From contig JARDVH010000073.1 of the NCBI GenBank assembly GCA_030324005.1, positions 50,510,982 through 50,574,981 of the forward strand: DNA of 64,000 nucleotides. Direction: 5' to 3'. The DNA comes from Negaprion brevirostris (lineage: Eukaryota). Both the position numbers and the translations under genes were made by a program. The notes beneath the pieces are model-generated. The model saw nothing but the letters and a program-made list of their open reading frames with translations. It was not told the DNA's origin and did not search any database. Shown piece after piece: positions 35,433-47,980 of the stretch. Every line of letters begins with the position of its first letter. Position 1 is the stretch's first letter.

Positions 35433-37613
35433 TTGGAGAAAAACCAGAGGCACGATGAAGGACACTGCCGTTCACTAAAATGTCTCTCAAACACTTTTAA
35501 CAAGGACCTGTATCACCACATAGGCAAGGTGAACCAGAGTCACCCTGACCAAAACCTCTACCCAATAAACTGGGACTTTCAAATATGCCATCTTCTTGCT
35601 CTTCGTATCTATTCTTATGTTTCATGTGATGCTGGCAAGACAGTGTTTATTGCTTATCCCCATTGGCCCTAGAACACTATGAGAAAGCCACAAAGTATGG
35701 GACAGGAGTCACATATAAAGCAGACCTGGTGGGGATAGCAGCTTCCCACCCCCGACAAATAATTAATTACAATAATTCATTGGTTTCATGGATACTTCCT
35801 GCTCACAAATGACCAGATTTAATTCAGTTTCACAATGTGTCATACTGCGATTTTGAACTCATGATCTTTAGGTTGCTTGTCCAATACCATAACCACAACA
35901 GATATCATCCATTTGACCAGCTGGAAAGCACCCTTCCTTCTTCTGCCAGCTACTACTAAGAGCAGAATCACATTTTTAAAATTTATTCTTGACACTTGGG
36001 TAATACTGGCAGGGCGGTATATTCTGTTCATTTTTTTGTTACCTTGAAGCGATTCAAAGTTTTTTTTTAATCCTCGAAATGTAAGCATTGCTGGGTGGAT
36101 CTTCTCGTTGAACCACCTCCATCTGGATGGTGAAGGTCGTTCCACAGTACTGTTAGAAAAGGGGCACTGAAATCATGACCCAATCAACCAACTTTTGGGG
36201 GACAGGAGCCCCATGGAGGGCAGTTAGGGACCCACGACAAACATAGTCATTTTGTTCCTGAAGATAACAAATATCATTGAGTTTGGTTTCACAACTTGCC
36301 TTGGTGGCATTTATTTGAGAATGTAACGTATAAGAATATGAAAATAGAGCAAACAAAGGGCATTCGGCCCCTCAAGCCTGCTCCAGTGTTCATCAAGATC
36401 ATGGCTGATCTGTTTGTGTTTTGTTGGAGTGAAATTAAAGTTAAAGGGCACAAAATGGTTACCTGGCACAAAATGGACTCTGGGAAAAGACATTAAGAGG
36501 CGCTGACTTTGGGCAGAGTACACAAACAGTTAAAACCTGTAGTGTTTAAATTACTACAGGAAACAGGTCAGACCTTGAGGCACCTTAAACTTGAGATAAA
36601 AGCAGACCCAAAACAATGAGTTTGATAACGCAATCAGCCACTGATGGGGGAACATAAATGATAAATGTATATAACNNNNNNNNNNNNTAGGGACATAAAT
36701 GCATAAATGTATCTACTTTATGTACAACAATGTGATAACTGTCAATGTTCGTACTTGTCTACTCAACGTGTAACCATGTGCTAATGGCTAATGTCCATAT
36801 TGTCTATTATCTAACAATGTATAAAAGATGCTCAATTACCACTGTGTAGTTGAGAAGGTGGCTGCCTGTACTGCAGACTGCCAGCGCTTCTCCAAAGCTT
36901 TGTCCAAATAAAACTGTTTGTTGAACTTCCAAGTCTGACTCTGAAGTGGTGATTTTCCCACAGCAGTTTCTAATAGAATATTCCCATTTACCACTGACAA
37001 CCTTTGATTCCTTTGCCTAGCAAACATTCGGGATGTCATTCCAATACTGCAATCATTAGCATGCTGTACACAAGAGGTGACCATATCCAATTGCTAAAAA
37101 AGACATATTTGCATCTTCAGACAGGATAAGTCTGCCACTTTCTTTAGCAATCATAGTTGGATTGGGACTGCTGAAGCCAAAAGGTGCTTTCTCTATAAGT
37201 GCCAGAATGTACAGTTTCCACTTTAAGCTGGAGGTAGTAATATATATCCAAGNNNNNNNNNNAACAAGTGGGGACAGCCAGGGTAGCTGACAAAAAAGGG
37301 TTAGATTGGTCCTTTGATATACCCAGTGGAGGTGTATTCATGACAAAGTGCTTACTTAATTGTCTGGAATAAAAAAAAATACATAATTTTTCTCAAGATG
37401 TCAAACGTTCCTGGTGCATTGAAATTATTGGACATTGATTACGTAGGCTGAAAGGCCTCCTTCTCTGCCTCAATTTACACTCCTGCAGTGATAACCAGTT
37501 TCCCTGTGATTTGCTGTGTGAGGGGTGGGGGGAGGGAGGGAGCGTTTGCCTCCAAACCAAGCTGCTAAGGAGACAAATTTGTCTCTGAAGCATTTCCAAG
37601 TGATCAGTCTCAT

Positions 37614-38049
37614 TAAGAACATAAGAACAAAAGAACTAGGAGCAGAAGTAGGCCATCCGGCCTCTCGAGCCTGCTCTGCCATTCAATAAGATCATGGTTG
37701 ATTTTTTTGTGGTCTCAGCTCCACCTACCCACCCACTCACCATAACCCTTAATTCCTTTACCGTTCAAAAATTTATCTACCCTTGCCTTAAAAATTCAGT
37801 GAGGTAGCCTCAACTGCTTCATTGGGCAGGAATCCACAGTTCACAACCCTTTGTGTGAAGAAGTTCCTCATCAACTCAGTCCTAGATCTGCTTCTCCTTA
37901 TTTTGAGGCTATGCCTCCCAGCTCTAGTTTCACCCGCCATGGAAACAACTTCCCTGCTTCTATCTTATCCCCTTCATAATCTTATATGTTTCTATAAGAT
38001 CTCCCCTCATTCTTCTGAATTCCAATGATATAGCCCCAGTCTACTCAGT
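37614..38049 (-). mobile_element. CR1 LINE 3' fragment
   Basis: (TAAGAACA)n tail, GAGCCTGCTC.GCCATTCAATAAGATCATGG, and the reverse complement of the ORF2 C-terminus (YSLEFRRMRGDLIETYKI-like). Confidence 0.85.
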
Positions 38050-38542
38050 TAGGGAGTCAATAAAAAGAGGGTATTCCATCATTCTTTTTTTCAAAACTGG
38101 AAAGTTGTCCCCTAAACTCTTCATTCCCCGACTGAGGATCAAACTCTCAAAGGGAAAATCCAGTTCTAGACAATAATATCAAGTTGATTAGTCAATCTCA
38201 TGAGCATCACGTTATCTAAGAGTTTCCAATTCACCATACAGAAAACTCATAAATCAGTTTAGGATTTTTTAAAATTAGAAATACCATTCAAAGGAAATTG
38301 TTATCAACATCTTTACAAAGTCATTGTACAAGGTGAGGAATGGGACTATTATCACTGAAGTTACTGCATTGATAATTCTTTCATCTTCAATTTGTCCCAT
38401 GTTGCTTAATGGATGTCTGGTGCTTTCCTATAACATCTTATTAAAGGAGAATCTATAAATCACAGAGAAAAGTGTCAGAGAGCGGTTAACTTCCACACTG
38501 CATTTCATCCATTCTCTGGCAACCAGCCACATCTCTTAAACA

Positions 38543-38848
38543 TGGGGCATGGTGGCACAGTGGTTAGCACTGCTGCCTCACAGTGTCAGGGACTCGGGTT
38601 CGACTCCCGGCTTGGGTCACTGTCTGTGTGGAGTCTGCACGTTCTCCCTGTGTCTGCGTGGGTTTCCTCTGGATGCTCCGGTTTCCTCCCACAGTCTGAA
38701 AGATGTGCTGGTTCGGTGCATTGGCCATGCTAAATTCTCTCTCAGTGTACTCGACCAAGCGCCGGAATGTGGCGACTAGGGGATTTTCACAATAACTTCA
38801 TTGCACTGTTGATGTAAGCCTACTTGTGACGCTAATAAATAAAGTAAC
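38543..38848 (+). mobile_element. V-SINE subfamily B, full length
   Basis: A box TGGCACAGTGG, B box GGTTCGACTCC, V-domain and tail GTGGCGACTAGGGGATTTTCACAATAACTTCATTGCACTGTTGATGTAAGCCTACTTGTGACGCTAATAAATAAA. Confidence 0.92.
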
Positions 38849-39579
38849 TAAAATGCAACTAATTTCGAGAGTCATTTTCATTGGTTCACAGAAATTGAAA
38901 TTCATTAACTCTTCCTTGTGGGAAATGAGACTTGCCCCAGAGGAATCCAGTGAACCATTCAGTCCCTTCAGCCTGTCCCATCATTTGTGGTTGTTGTTTA
39001 ACTCACGGTCACCACCTTTAGGCAGGGTTCCAGTTGCACAAGGCAGCATTATAATTCTCAATCTATTTCATCCCTGACAACTGAAAAGCAAATGGTGCTC
39101 AGAACCGTCAGATGCTGCTATCAGCCTTTGTCCTCTTGTCAGTCAGGCACCTGGGAAGTTGAAGCTCTTGCTGTCTCCTGAACTGTCTGAGAGAGGAAAA
39201 AAACAATAGAATGTGATCTGACTTCTTCCAAATGTCAATCCTCAAATGCCCTTTCCTTATTATCACAGTAAAGCTCAGCTGCTATTGTTAAAAGTGTCTG
39301 CCAGCATTGATAGCGAGAAGGCACAACAAACCCATTACTACCAACTGTTTTGCCTCATCTACTCTTGTGATTGTCTAGACTATTGAAGGCGGCAGGTATT
39401 AATAAAGAAAAAAAAGCTCACTTGGTTCCTTGGAGCTTTTGATATTTCTTTGTGCACCTAGTTTCTCTACCCAATACAAACGCAGTGCAGAGATTTGGAT
39501 TAGAAATAGTAGAATGCTATTACCAATGCCTCTTACTATCCTTCATTCTGGTACTATTCTCTCAGCAGTACAATGTCAA

Positions 39580-40182
39580 ACATAGAAGCATAGGCCTTAG
39601 GAGCAGGTGGTCACTTGACCCCTCGAGTCTGCTTCACCATTCGAAAAGATCATGGCTGATCTGATTGTGGTCTCAACTCCACTTTCCTATCTGTAAGCGC
39701 TCCCCGTGTCTGCATGGGTTTCCTCCAGGTTTTCTGGTTTTCCTCCCACCGTCCATAAGATGTATTGGTTAGGTGCACTGGCCATGCTAAATTATCCCTC
39801 AGTGTACCCGAATAGGCACTGGAGTGTGGTGACCAGGAGATTTTTACAGTAACTTCATTGCGGTGTTAATGTAAGCTTACTTGTGACTAATAAATTAATA
39901 AACTAGCTTGCTAGTCCCCCATAAATTCGACTCCCTTTTCTATCAAAATTCAAACTCAGCCTTAGATATACTCATTGACTCAGCCCCCAGTGCTTCTCTG
40001 GTGAAGAGAATTCCACAGATTAATGGCCCTCAGAGAGAATATTCCCCTAGTCCCGTCTTTAAAGGGAGACCTCTTATTTTCAAACTGCATCTCTGAGTTC
40101 TGGTCTCCCCCACAAGAGGAAACATCCTCCTGCTATCCACCCTATCAAGGCCCTTCTGGATTTTCTAGGTTTCAGTAAGAAC
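39580..40182 (-). mobile_element. CR1 LINE 3' fragment split by a V-SINE
   Basis: The CR1 3'UTR reverse complement at 39580-39695 resumes at ~39910 after the SINE. Confidence 0.7.
39697..39905 (+). mobile_element. V-SINE subfamily B, 5'-truncated, nested in CR1
   Basis: CTCCCCGTGTCTGCATGGGTTTCCTCC... and tail ...GTAAGCTTACTTGTGACTAATAAATTAATAAAC. Confidence 0.85.
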
Positions 40183-40235
40183 AGCCATACAGCCTTTTTT
40201 TCATGGAGGCAGAGGGGTAAAGGCGCAGAGCCCAA

Positions 40236-41696
40236 ATCATCCCAGTACCAAAGAAAAGCCAGGCAGCATGCCTTAATGACTATCATTCGGTGGCTCTGAC
40301 ATCCATCATTATGAAGTGCTTTGAAACGTTAGTCATGGCACAAATNNNNNNNNNNNNNNNNNNNNNNNNNNNNNNNNNNNNNNNNNNNNNNNNNNNNNNN
40401 NNNNNNNNNNNNNNNNNNNNNNNNNNNNNNNNNNNNNNNNNNNNNGTCATGGCACAAATGAATTCTGGCCTCCCAGATTGCGTGGATCCATTACAGTTTG
40501 TCTACCACTGCAACAGGTCCACAGCAGAGGTCATCTCCCTGGCCTTGCATTCAACCCTGGAACAACTACACAACAAAGACATATATGTCAGACCCCCATT
40601 TATTGACTACAGTTCAGCCTTCAACACGTTATTCCGACAAATCCCATCTCCAAACTCCATGGCTTAGGGCTCGAATCCTCCCTCTGCGACTGGATCCTCA
40701 ACTTCCTAACCCACAGATCACAATCAGTACAGACAGACAACAACACCACCTCCACGATCATCCTTAACACCGGTGCCCAACAAGGCTGTGTCCTCAGCCC
40801 CTTACTATCCTCCTTACGTACATATAACTGTGTCCAAATTATCCTCCAACTCAATTTTCAAGTTTGTTGATGACACCACTGTAGTGGGTCAGATCGCAAG
40901 CAATGATTAGATGGAGTACAGGAAAGAGATACAGAATCTAGTGAACCGGTGCAATGACAATAATCTCTTTCTCAATGGCAACAAAATGAAGGAGGTAATC
41001 ATCGACTCTAGGAAGCATAGTGAAAGACATGCCCCTGTCTACATCAACAGGAATGAAGTGGAAATATTTGAGAGCTTCAAGTTTCTACGCGTCCAGATCA
41101 CCAACAACTGTCCTGATCCGTCCATGCCAATGCTATAGTTAAGAAAGCTTACCAACATCCTACTTTCTCAAGAGGCTAAGGAAATTTGGCATTTCTGCTA
41201 TGACTCATCATCTTTTACAGATGCACCATTCAAAGCATTCTTTCTGGCTGTATCACAGCTTTGTATGGCTCTTGCTCTGACCAAGACTGCAAGAAACCAC
41301 AAAGGGTCATGAACTAAGTTCAGTCCATCATGCAAACCAGCCTCCCATCCATTGACTCTGTCTACACTTCCCGCTGCCTCAGAAAAACGGACAGCATATT
41401 CAAAGGCCTCACACACCCCAGATGCATTCTCTTCCGCTTTCTTCCATCGTAAAAATATGTAAAGGTCTGATGACACACACCAACCAACTCAAGAGCAGCT
41501 TCTTCTGTGCTACCATCAGACTTCTGAATGGACCTATCTTGCTTTAAGTTGATCTTTCTCTAGCTATGACTGTAACACTACATTCTGCACTCTCTCCTTT
41601 CCTTCTCTATGTACGGTGTGGTTTGTCTCTATAGCATGCAAGAAACAATACTCTTCACTGTATGTTAATAAATGTGACAATATCAAATCAAATCAA
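40236..41696 (+). mobile_element. Rex1/Babar-like LINE, 5'-truncated, RT domain pseudogenised
   Basis: Peptides [32 protein letters not shown]...RST, FIDYSSAFNT, TGAQQGCVLSPLL, KFVDDTTVVG, with frameshifts and an (AATCA)n tail. Confidence 0.88.
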
Positions 41697-42471
41697 TTGA
41701 AGAAGGACGAATAGTACAGTCCAAAAGTTGCAAGCACAATAGTTTAAATCACAGGTGGCTCATTCATTAACTGTTATGCATTGATTGGGCCCATTTTCCC
41801 AAGTACTCTGTTTTTGTTTGTGTTGGCACACCAAAATGGAAATACGAGTGAAATGGCAGGCACCCTCTGGTGAGATGTTACTCCATGATGGCTATGGGGG
41901 TGTAAAGGTATAATTACACGAAGAAAAGAGAGTTATCCCAATGTCCTAGCAAATCTTTCTCCCCTGGCCAATTCCAGCAAAAATAGCTGATTCTGATCAC
42001 TCAGCTTATTTGCTTACAGAGGACATTTAATTTGCGCAAATTCTCTGTTAAATTTGTCTACCCGTTCGTTCAAAATGTGGGACGTGCTCTATGGCTTTTC
42101 CAAGAGATCCAAGTGTGGGAGAATGTCTTGATTTTCATAAATTACTTTACTGTCTGTGAACTTGCAATTCTCTATTCAGCAAGGAGCCAGACCAATGACC
42201 ATTATCTCTGGAAAATGCAAGAGATGTTTCCTGTTTATCCTGTCTACTCTCTTTACCCATTGGGCAGCTCCCAACAATCGATTTCACCTTTTGCCTAAAC
42301 AGGGTTTTACATAGACATTCCTGTTCAGCACTCTGAGTTTACATGGTTATGGCCCTATTTGGTGTCACATTCCTGTACAGCCAATGCTAACATCTGTACA
42401 TGTAAGCATCTGCGTTTGAGATTTCAACAGGCCCGGAATAGTAACATCCAAATTTAAACTTCTTACTTGAG

Positions 42472-42595
42472 TTACTTAACTAATCTCCCTATTTACACAA
42501 TGATCTACTCATATTAACTTTACTAATCTCCCAATTTACACAGGGATATATACATACACACAATGAAATAACTTATCTTCCCACTTACAGAGAGA
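42472..42595. repeat. ~42-bp degenerate minisatellite, left part (about 3 units)
   Basis: Units share ACT.ATCTCCC.ATTTACACA.GGAT; the same unit recurs at 45987-46140. Confidence 0.75.
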
Positions 42596-42669
42596 CAACC
42601 AAACTAGACATTGGGCTCATTAGTGTTCTTTTTTTGGACACCGTGGCCGAAGTCTTCCATCCTTGTTCG

Positions 42670-42783
42670 GGGCTGGGATTTTCTATTGCTGCTGAACATG
42701 AATGGCATTTTCGCTGGAACGCCAAATTCTCTGTTCTCGCTCACAATGGCTCCCGGCATGGATGAGATCTGAGAATTCCACCA
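42670..42783 (+). mobile_element. Short TIR element (MITE family B)
   Basis: GGGCTGGGATTTTCT ... AGAATTCCACC ends; the internal GCCAAATTCTCTGTTC resembles the reverse complement of ~21157-21235. Confidence 0.45.
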
Positions 42784-43315
42784 TTGGAATGCCTTTAGCA
42801 TTCCAAAATTGTGGCTTTGGCAAACATAACACTTAAGCAAACTCTGCTGGGTGCCATATTGATGACGGCATTAGTGTGTATATTGCCACCAGTAGCATGC
42901 AGAGCAGGAGACTATACTGTCAATCAGCATGCAACACTGCTTTGAAACCTATTGCCGTTTTGGAGCTCAACATTCCAGCTAACTGCCTTCTCTTAATCTC
43001 ACATAGGTGAACATATTTTCAGTAGCAGAAGGGCTACAAGTGTTTAGTGCTTTGCAAAGGTCTACGGGGAGTGGTGTAGAACAAACAAGTGAGAACATTT
43101 TGCTGACTTTGATGCTTCTGGACAAGCCAGTTGCTTCCAGACTTGAACACAGGAGTGAACATTCCCACTGAAGAATGAGCAGAGGTCACATAGAGCAGGA
43201 TAAGCTGTTAGAAGAGGGAGGAGGGAAATAGAGGGGCTCTTTGCATGAGCCCATACCCCTCCAGGCTACTCGAGCAATTCTCGTAGCTGAATCTCAGCTA
43301 AGAATAATGTGTGAA

Positions 43316-43500
43316 TGTCTCCACTTTACTGGAAACTGTTACCTGTTGCAGCCATACCTGCAACCTAAGAGCAGAGCAATAACTGCACTGCCAGTGATAA
43401 GAAGGTGACTGTGATGATGGATTTGTGTGTTTGGCTCTTTCCAGGCTGGATCTGGAGGTATTTGCAACATCTCACATGGTTATGTAAGCGAGGTCACTGA
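43316..43500 (+). pseudogene. HARBI1-like transposase relic
   Basis: CLHFTGNCYLLQPYLQPKSRAITALPV/KVTV.../GSFQAGSGGICNISH matches the Harbinger 'ALPV..KVT.AL.F.A.GSFQ...GD.C.ISQ' region and is homologous to 4255-4371. Confidence 0.7.
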
Positions 43501-44271
43501 CAGAATCCACTACGCTTACACCAGCTGGTGTCAATAGTTATTTGTTACATACGGCACAACCTCACCATCATCAGAGAACTCCCCTTGCCACCAGCAGCTG
43601 AGGAGCAGGAGCCCAAGTAGAAGGGGGAAGAGGTGAAGGAAGGGAGGAGGAAATCTAGACAGTCTCTTTGTGGTTGTCAATAAAGAACTCAGCTGACTAT
43701 GATACCACTATAATACCACTAATTGCAATCCCAATTTTCCATTCATTAACAATCCCACACCTTACCTTCCCTCTGTCGCTAAACCATCACAGCAATATAT
43801 TTTGCCACAAAGAAAAAATTAAAATCACCACAAATGAAACATTCCTAACTAAATTTAAAAATGAAATAATTTGCATTGCATACTAAAATCAACTCATCAT
43901 CCTTGTACATTCCCTTAGTGCCAGTCTTCCATATGTCTTTGTCTGGTACTTCTACTCAGAGATCCTACACAGTGCTACGCCAGTGGCCATAACATGACTG
44001 GTGAAAAGGCTGCTAATGTTTAGAGAGAGACTGCAGATGGCCTTGGAGGAAGACTTCAAGCTGCTCTTGCTTGAGAAGGCTCCAGTTGTGGACAGCAAAG
44101 CTTGGCTAGAACGGCAGCAATCTGGACTGGCTGGCCCAGAGGTAAAAGCAAAATATGAAGCGGCAATGCTGGGAAGGTGAATACTGTTGGTCTGCAAGAG
44201 AACAACAGGGTTGTGTTCCACAGAGCTGAGCTTCACCTCCACGCTGGAGAGTATGGCTCCAATCTCTACAT

Positions 44272-44560
44272 AAAGGGTGGCACAGTGATTGGCACTGCTA
44301 CCTCACAGTGCCAGAGACCCGGATTCAATTCCCAGCTTGGGTCTCTGTCTATGCAGAGTCTGCACATTCTCCCCATGTCTGCATGGGTTTCCTCCAGGTG
44401 GTCCAGTTTCCTCCCACAGTGTGAAGCACGTGCTGGTTAGGTGCATTGGCCACAGTAAGTTCTTCCTCAGTGTACCTGAGCAGGCGCCAGACTGGATTTT
44501 CACAGTAACTTCATTGCAGTGTTAATGTAAACCAACTTGTGACACTAATGAATAAACTTA
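44272..44560 (+). mobile_element. V-SINE subfamily B, nested in the Harbinger relic
   Basis: Head GGTGGCACAGTG, V-domain and tail GGATTTTCACAGTAACTTCATTGCAGTGTTAATGTAAACCAACTTGTGACACTAATGAATAAAC. Confidence 0.9.
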
Positions 44561-45464
44561 TGATTAAAGTGCTGAGCCAAGTTGCTGCTAGTCTCTTCCT
44601 TCTCCTTGACATTGAGCACAGGTTTTAGGGCAGGATTCCCAATGCACCAAGCATTTCACAGTGCATACCTATCAGTCCCCTTCAATAGGCTACCCATAAA
44701 AGTCCTCAACTGAATCGATGCTGGAGCGTTCACTATCTTTGTCCCCTGCCTGGCTGCAGGCCACTTACACCTGGCGTCTCAACACTTGCAGACCCGTCCT
44801 CCACACTATCCTTTAAATTCAGGGCAATACCGGTATCCAATTGCCGGCAGTGTGAAATCTTCAACTTCTTCCTGTTCCTGCAACTGCTTGGTCAAGTCAC
44901 ATGTTTTTGCTATCGATAAAGAGGGGCACAAAGGCCAGGTAGGGTAAAGGAAAGGTCAGAGAAACATTCTTATACCAGTTGCAACTTGAAAATCAGGACA
45001 GATTTTGAGATGAGGAGGAAGTGGAATGTGTGAAGGAAGATTATGTACAAGGATATCATCATCTTCAATGGTGCCAGCCCCTTTACTGGCCACGGCCTCA
45101 GCAATGAGGTCAGAATAATGTCCACTCCATGGAAGGTTAAAGATGATGGCACCCCGTCTCTTTCCATTTTGTACCTATGCCCCTGGATGTGTGCCACCTT
45201 ATTTTGCAATGGGGCAGAAAAGAGTACAATGTGTTTGAGTGATGTTCCTGACATGTTTAAATAGCTGATGTGTGCGCAAACTGAGAAATGTGGGTGTGAT
45301 ATGGGTGCGATGCTTACAGTAATGTTAAGTATGTGAGGCTGCAGTGAATGTTAGGTATAAGTCCTGATTGACAGAGTTTGTTGGCAGGTAAGTGATGGAG
45401 GTGTAATGAATTCAGCAGATGGTACAGTTGATAAGCTCTACCAATCAAAACTCCATTCAATGGC

Positions 45465-45700
45465 ACTGGCTACTCGTGTGAGGTCAGTGAATATACAGCA
45501 CTGCATCTGGTCCTGTGGCTTGAGTCCTGGCATTGACCTTCCCAGCTATCAACTCTCACTCCCTTCTGACCACATGTGTGGAGGGGCTCCTGGCTCCCTG
45601 TGGACATTGGACATCCCTCCATTTCCACCTTAAACCACCAAGGAGCCCATTCAGTGCCTGTACCCTGGAGTCTGCCCCCTCCCACTTGTGTCATTCTTCA
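45465..45700 (-). pseudogene. Myb/SANT-like Harbinger accessory gene relic (N-terminal domain)
   Basis: Minus strand, with frameshifts: ..ARSPSTHVVRRE*ELIAGKVNARTQA/QMQCCIFTDLTRVA, resembling W..IA.EVNA...RTW.QCRKKFNDLTRV. Confidence 0.6.
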
Positions 45701-45986
45701 GCATGTACCAGGTCGGAGTTACAGACTGCAAACTCCAACCACTGTGTACCTTCCCTTTAAAAAGGGCAGGCTAGCTTGAAGCAGTGCAGACTAACTTTAT
45801 GTGTTTTTAGCAACTCACAATGTTGGTTTCCTGCTGATGTGTTGAGCCAATCAGCAGCACAGTTTGCCAGATATCATTCCAATTGCAGGCAGTACAAAGT
45901 TGGCATGCTGTCTGTATTGCAATGAATGAGTGGGGGAGAAACTCGCATTCTGCTTCCTGTGTCAGGGGCTATCTAATTTAGCCTTC

Positions 45987-46140
45987 ATTGATTTTACTTA
46001 TCTCCCTATTTACAGAGATATACACAAATTGACTTACACATCTTCCTATTTACACAGGGATATGCAGCATTGAAATTACTCATCACCCTATTTACACAGC
46101 GATGCACACACATTGACTTTACTCAACTCCTTGTTTACAT
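45987..46140. repeat. ~42-bp degenerate minisatellite, right part (about 4 units)
   Basis: Units start at 45987, 46028, 46069 and 46112 with consensus ATTGA.TT.ACT.ATC.CCCTATTTACACAG.GAT...ACAC. Confidence 0.8.
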
Positions 46141-46526
46141 GACTGTAATTAGATTTGTTCTCAATTATTGTGCACTGCCTAAACAGAATTAATTTAAGAT
46201 CAGACATTACTAACATTTTGTTTCAAATTCGTCCAGATGTATTTGGCTCAGAAGGTGTCCTTAACTGTAAGTGACACTATTTGACCTAGTCCCTGACAGG
46301 AACTGTAATGTGAGTAATGGGGAGCCTGCCTTTAAGCTCTGCCCCAGTCAGAGTTGAGATGGGTGATTCTTTTTATACATCAAAAACTGATTCTACCATG
46401 TGGGCCACATCTTGCTGAGCCATTTAACTGGGTTCACTTAGATTTCAGCTAAGAGCCGACAGCATCACATCCACATGCTGATAACTGTATCGCGCAGCAG
46501 AAACTTTTATCCAATGGTAGCATTCT

Positions 46527-47455
46527 CATAGATACATGCGGCACAAAAGGAGGCAATATTCCCTATGCCAGCTCTCTGCAAGAGCAACTCAATTAGTCCC
46601 AGAAATTTTATTTTCTTCCAGTGCTTATCCAATTCTCTTCTGAAAACCACAAATGAATCTTCTCCTGCCACACTCTCAGGTAACCCATTCTAGATTCTAA
46701 TCAATCCCTACATAAAAAAGATTTGCCTGATATTTAGCCTAAAATTGGTGTCCTTTGGTTCTTGACACTTCTCCCAATAGAAACAATTTCTCACGATCAA
46801 CTCTTTCCAGATCCCTCGTGGTTGGGAGTCCCTCTATCAAACGTCCTCTCAACCTCCTCTTCTCCAAGGAGAAGAATATTAGCATCTTCAATCTATCCTC
46901 AGAACCAAAATCCCTCACCCCTTCAACCTTTCTACACCCACTCAAAAGCTTCCACGCCCAGAATTGGACACACATTTCCAATTGAGACCAACCCAGTGTT
47001 TTATAAAGGTTCATCATAACTTCCTTCTGTAATCCCTGTCTCTATTTATAAAGCTCAGGATCACGTGCATTTTCTCAAACTTCCCTACCACCTTCCAAAG
47101 ATTTGTGCACATATATATTGGGCAGCACGGTGGCACAGTGCTTCGCATTGCTGCTTCACAGCTCCAGGGACCCAGGTTCAATTCCCAGCTTAGGTCACTG
47201 TCTGCGTGGAGTTTGCACACTCTCCCTGTGTCTGTGTGGGTTTCCTTCGGGTGCTCTGGTTTCCTCCCCAGTCCAAAGATGTGCAGGTTAGGTTGACTGG
47301 CCATGCTAAATTGACCCTAGTGTCAATTTAGCAGAGTAAATGTGTGGGGTTACGGGAATAGGGCCTGGATGGGATTGTGGTCCTACGGGCAGAATGGCCT
47401 CCTTCTGCACTATAAGGATCCTATGGTTCTCTATCTCTGGGTCCCTCTGTTCCTT
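46527..47455 (-). mobile_element. CR1 LINE 3' fragment split by a V-SINE
   Basis: ORF 46739-47017 reads LYKTL...LEMCVQFW...EDRLKML.FFSLEKRRLRG.LIE...SRTKGH. The CR1 sequence resumes at ~47434 after the SINE. Confidence 0.8.
47120..47433 (+). mobile_element. V-SINE subfamily A (HE1-like), full length
   Basis: GGGCAGCACGGTGGCACAGTG head, GGTTCAATTCC B box, V-domain and tail GGGCAGAATGGCCTCCTTCTGCACTATAAGGATCCTATGGTTC. Confidence 0.92.
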
Positions 47456-47689
47456 CACTAGAATGGGATACTGGCAATGTCCTGGAAACACTTATCAACA
47501 GTCAATATACATGGTAAACCCAATGGAAAATGGCTCATGCAATTAGGTGACAGATTAGGCATTAAATAGTACCTTGAGACATGGGGCTAAAATACGTGAC
47601 TAATCCCAGAGTTCAGAAACACAATCACCTACCTCTGAAGCTCTTCAATTATAGCTTTCACCATCTAGTTTCCTCTTGACTTTCTTTTT

Positions 47690-47980
47690 AGTTATTTATT
47701 AGTGTCACAAGTAGGCTTACATTAACAGTGCAATGAAGTTACAGTGAAAATCTTCTAGTCCTCACACTCCGGCGCCTGTTCAGGTACACTGAGAGAGAAT
47801 TTAGCATAGCCGATGCACCTAACCAGCATGTCCATCACACTGTAGGAGGAAACTGGTATACTCAGAAAAAAAACCATGTAGACATGGGGAGAACATGCAG
47901 ACACTGCATAGGCAGTGACCCAAGCAGGAATTGAACCCGAATTCTTCGCCTGTGAGACAGCAGTACTAACCATGCCACCG
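47690..47980 (-). mobile_element. V-SINE subfamily B, full length
   Basis: Reverse complement: CGGTGGCATGGTTAGTACTGCTG head ... GATTTTCACTGTAACTTCATTGCACTGTTAATGTAAGCCTACTTGTGACACTAATAAATAAC. Confidence 0.9.

Larger units (their letters stand above)
42612..45984. mobile_element. Decayed two-gene PIF/Harbinger transposon (~3.4 kb; transposase on +, Myb/SANT on -, convergent)
   Basis: Transposase relic at 43316-43500 (+) and Myb/SANT relic at 45465-45700 (-). Candidate degenerate TIRs GGCTCATTAG / CTAATTTAGCC. Flanked on both sides by the same minisatellite. Confidence 0.65.

Noticed and set aside
38549-38779. Recurrent ORFs 'MVAQWLALLPHS...GHCLCGVCTFS...' at many SINE positions
   Set aside because: These are translations of V-SINE sequence, not a gene family. 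The tRNA-like heads are SINE promoters, not tRNA genes.
45987-46140. Regularly spaced ~42-bp units considered as a possible CRISPR-like array
   Set aside because: The units are degenerate along their whole length with no unique spacers, there are no cas genes, and the context is eukaryotic. This is a minisatellite.
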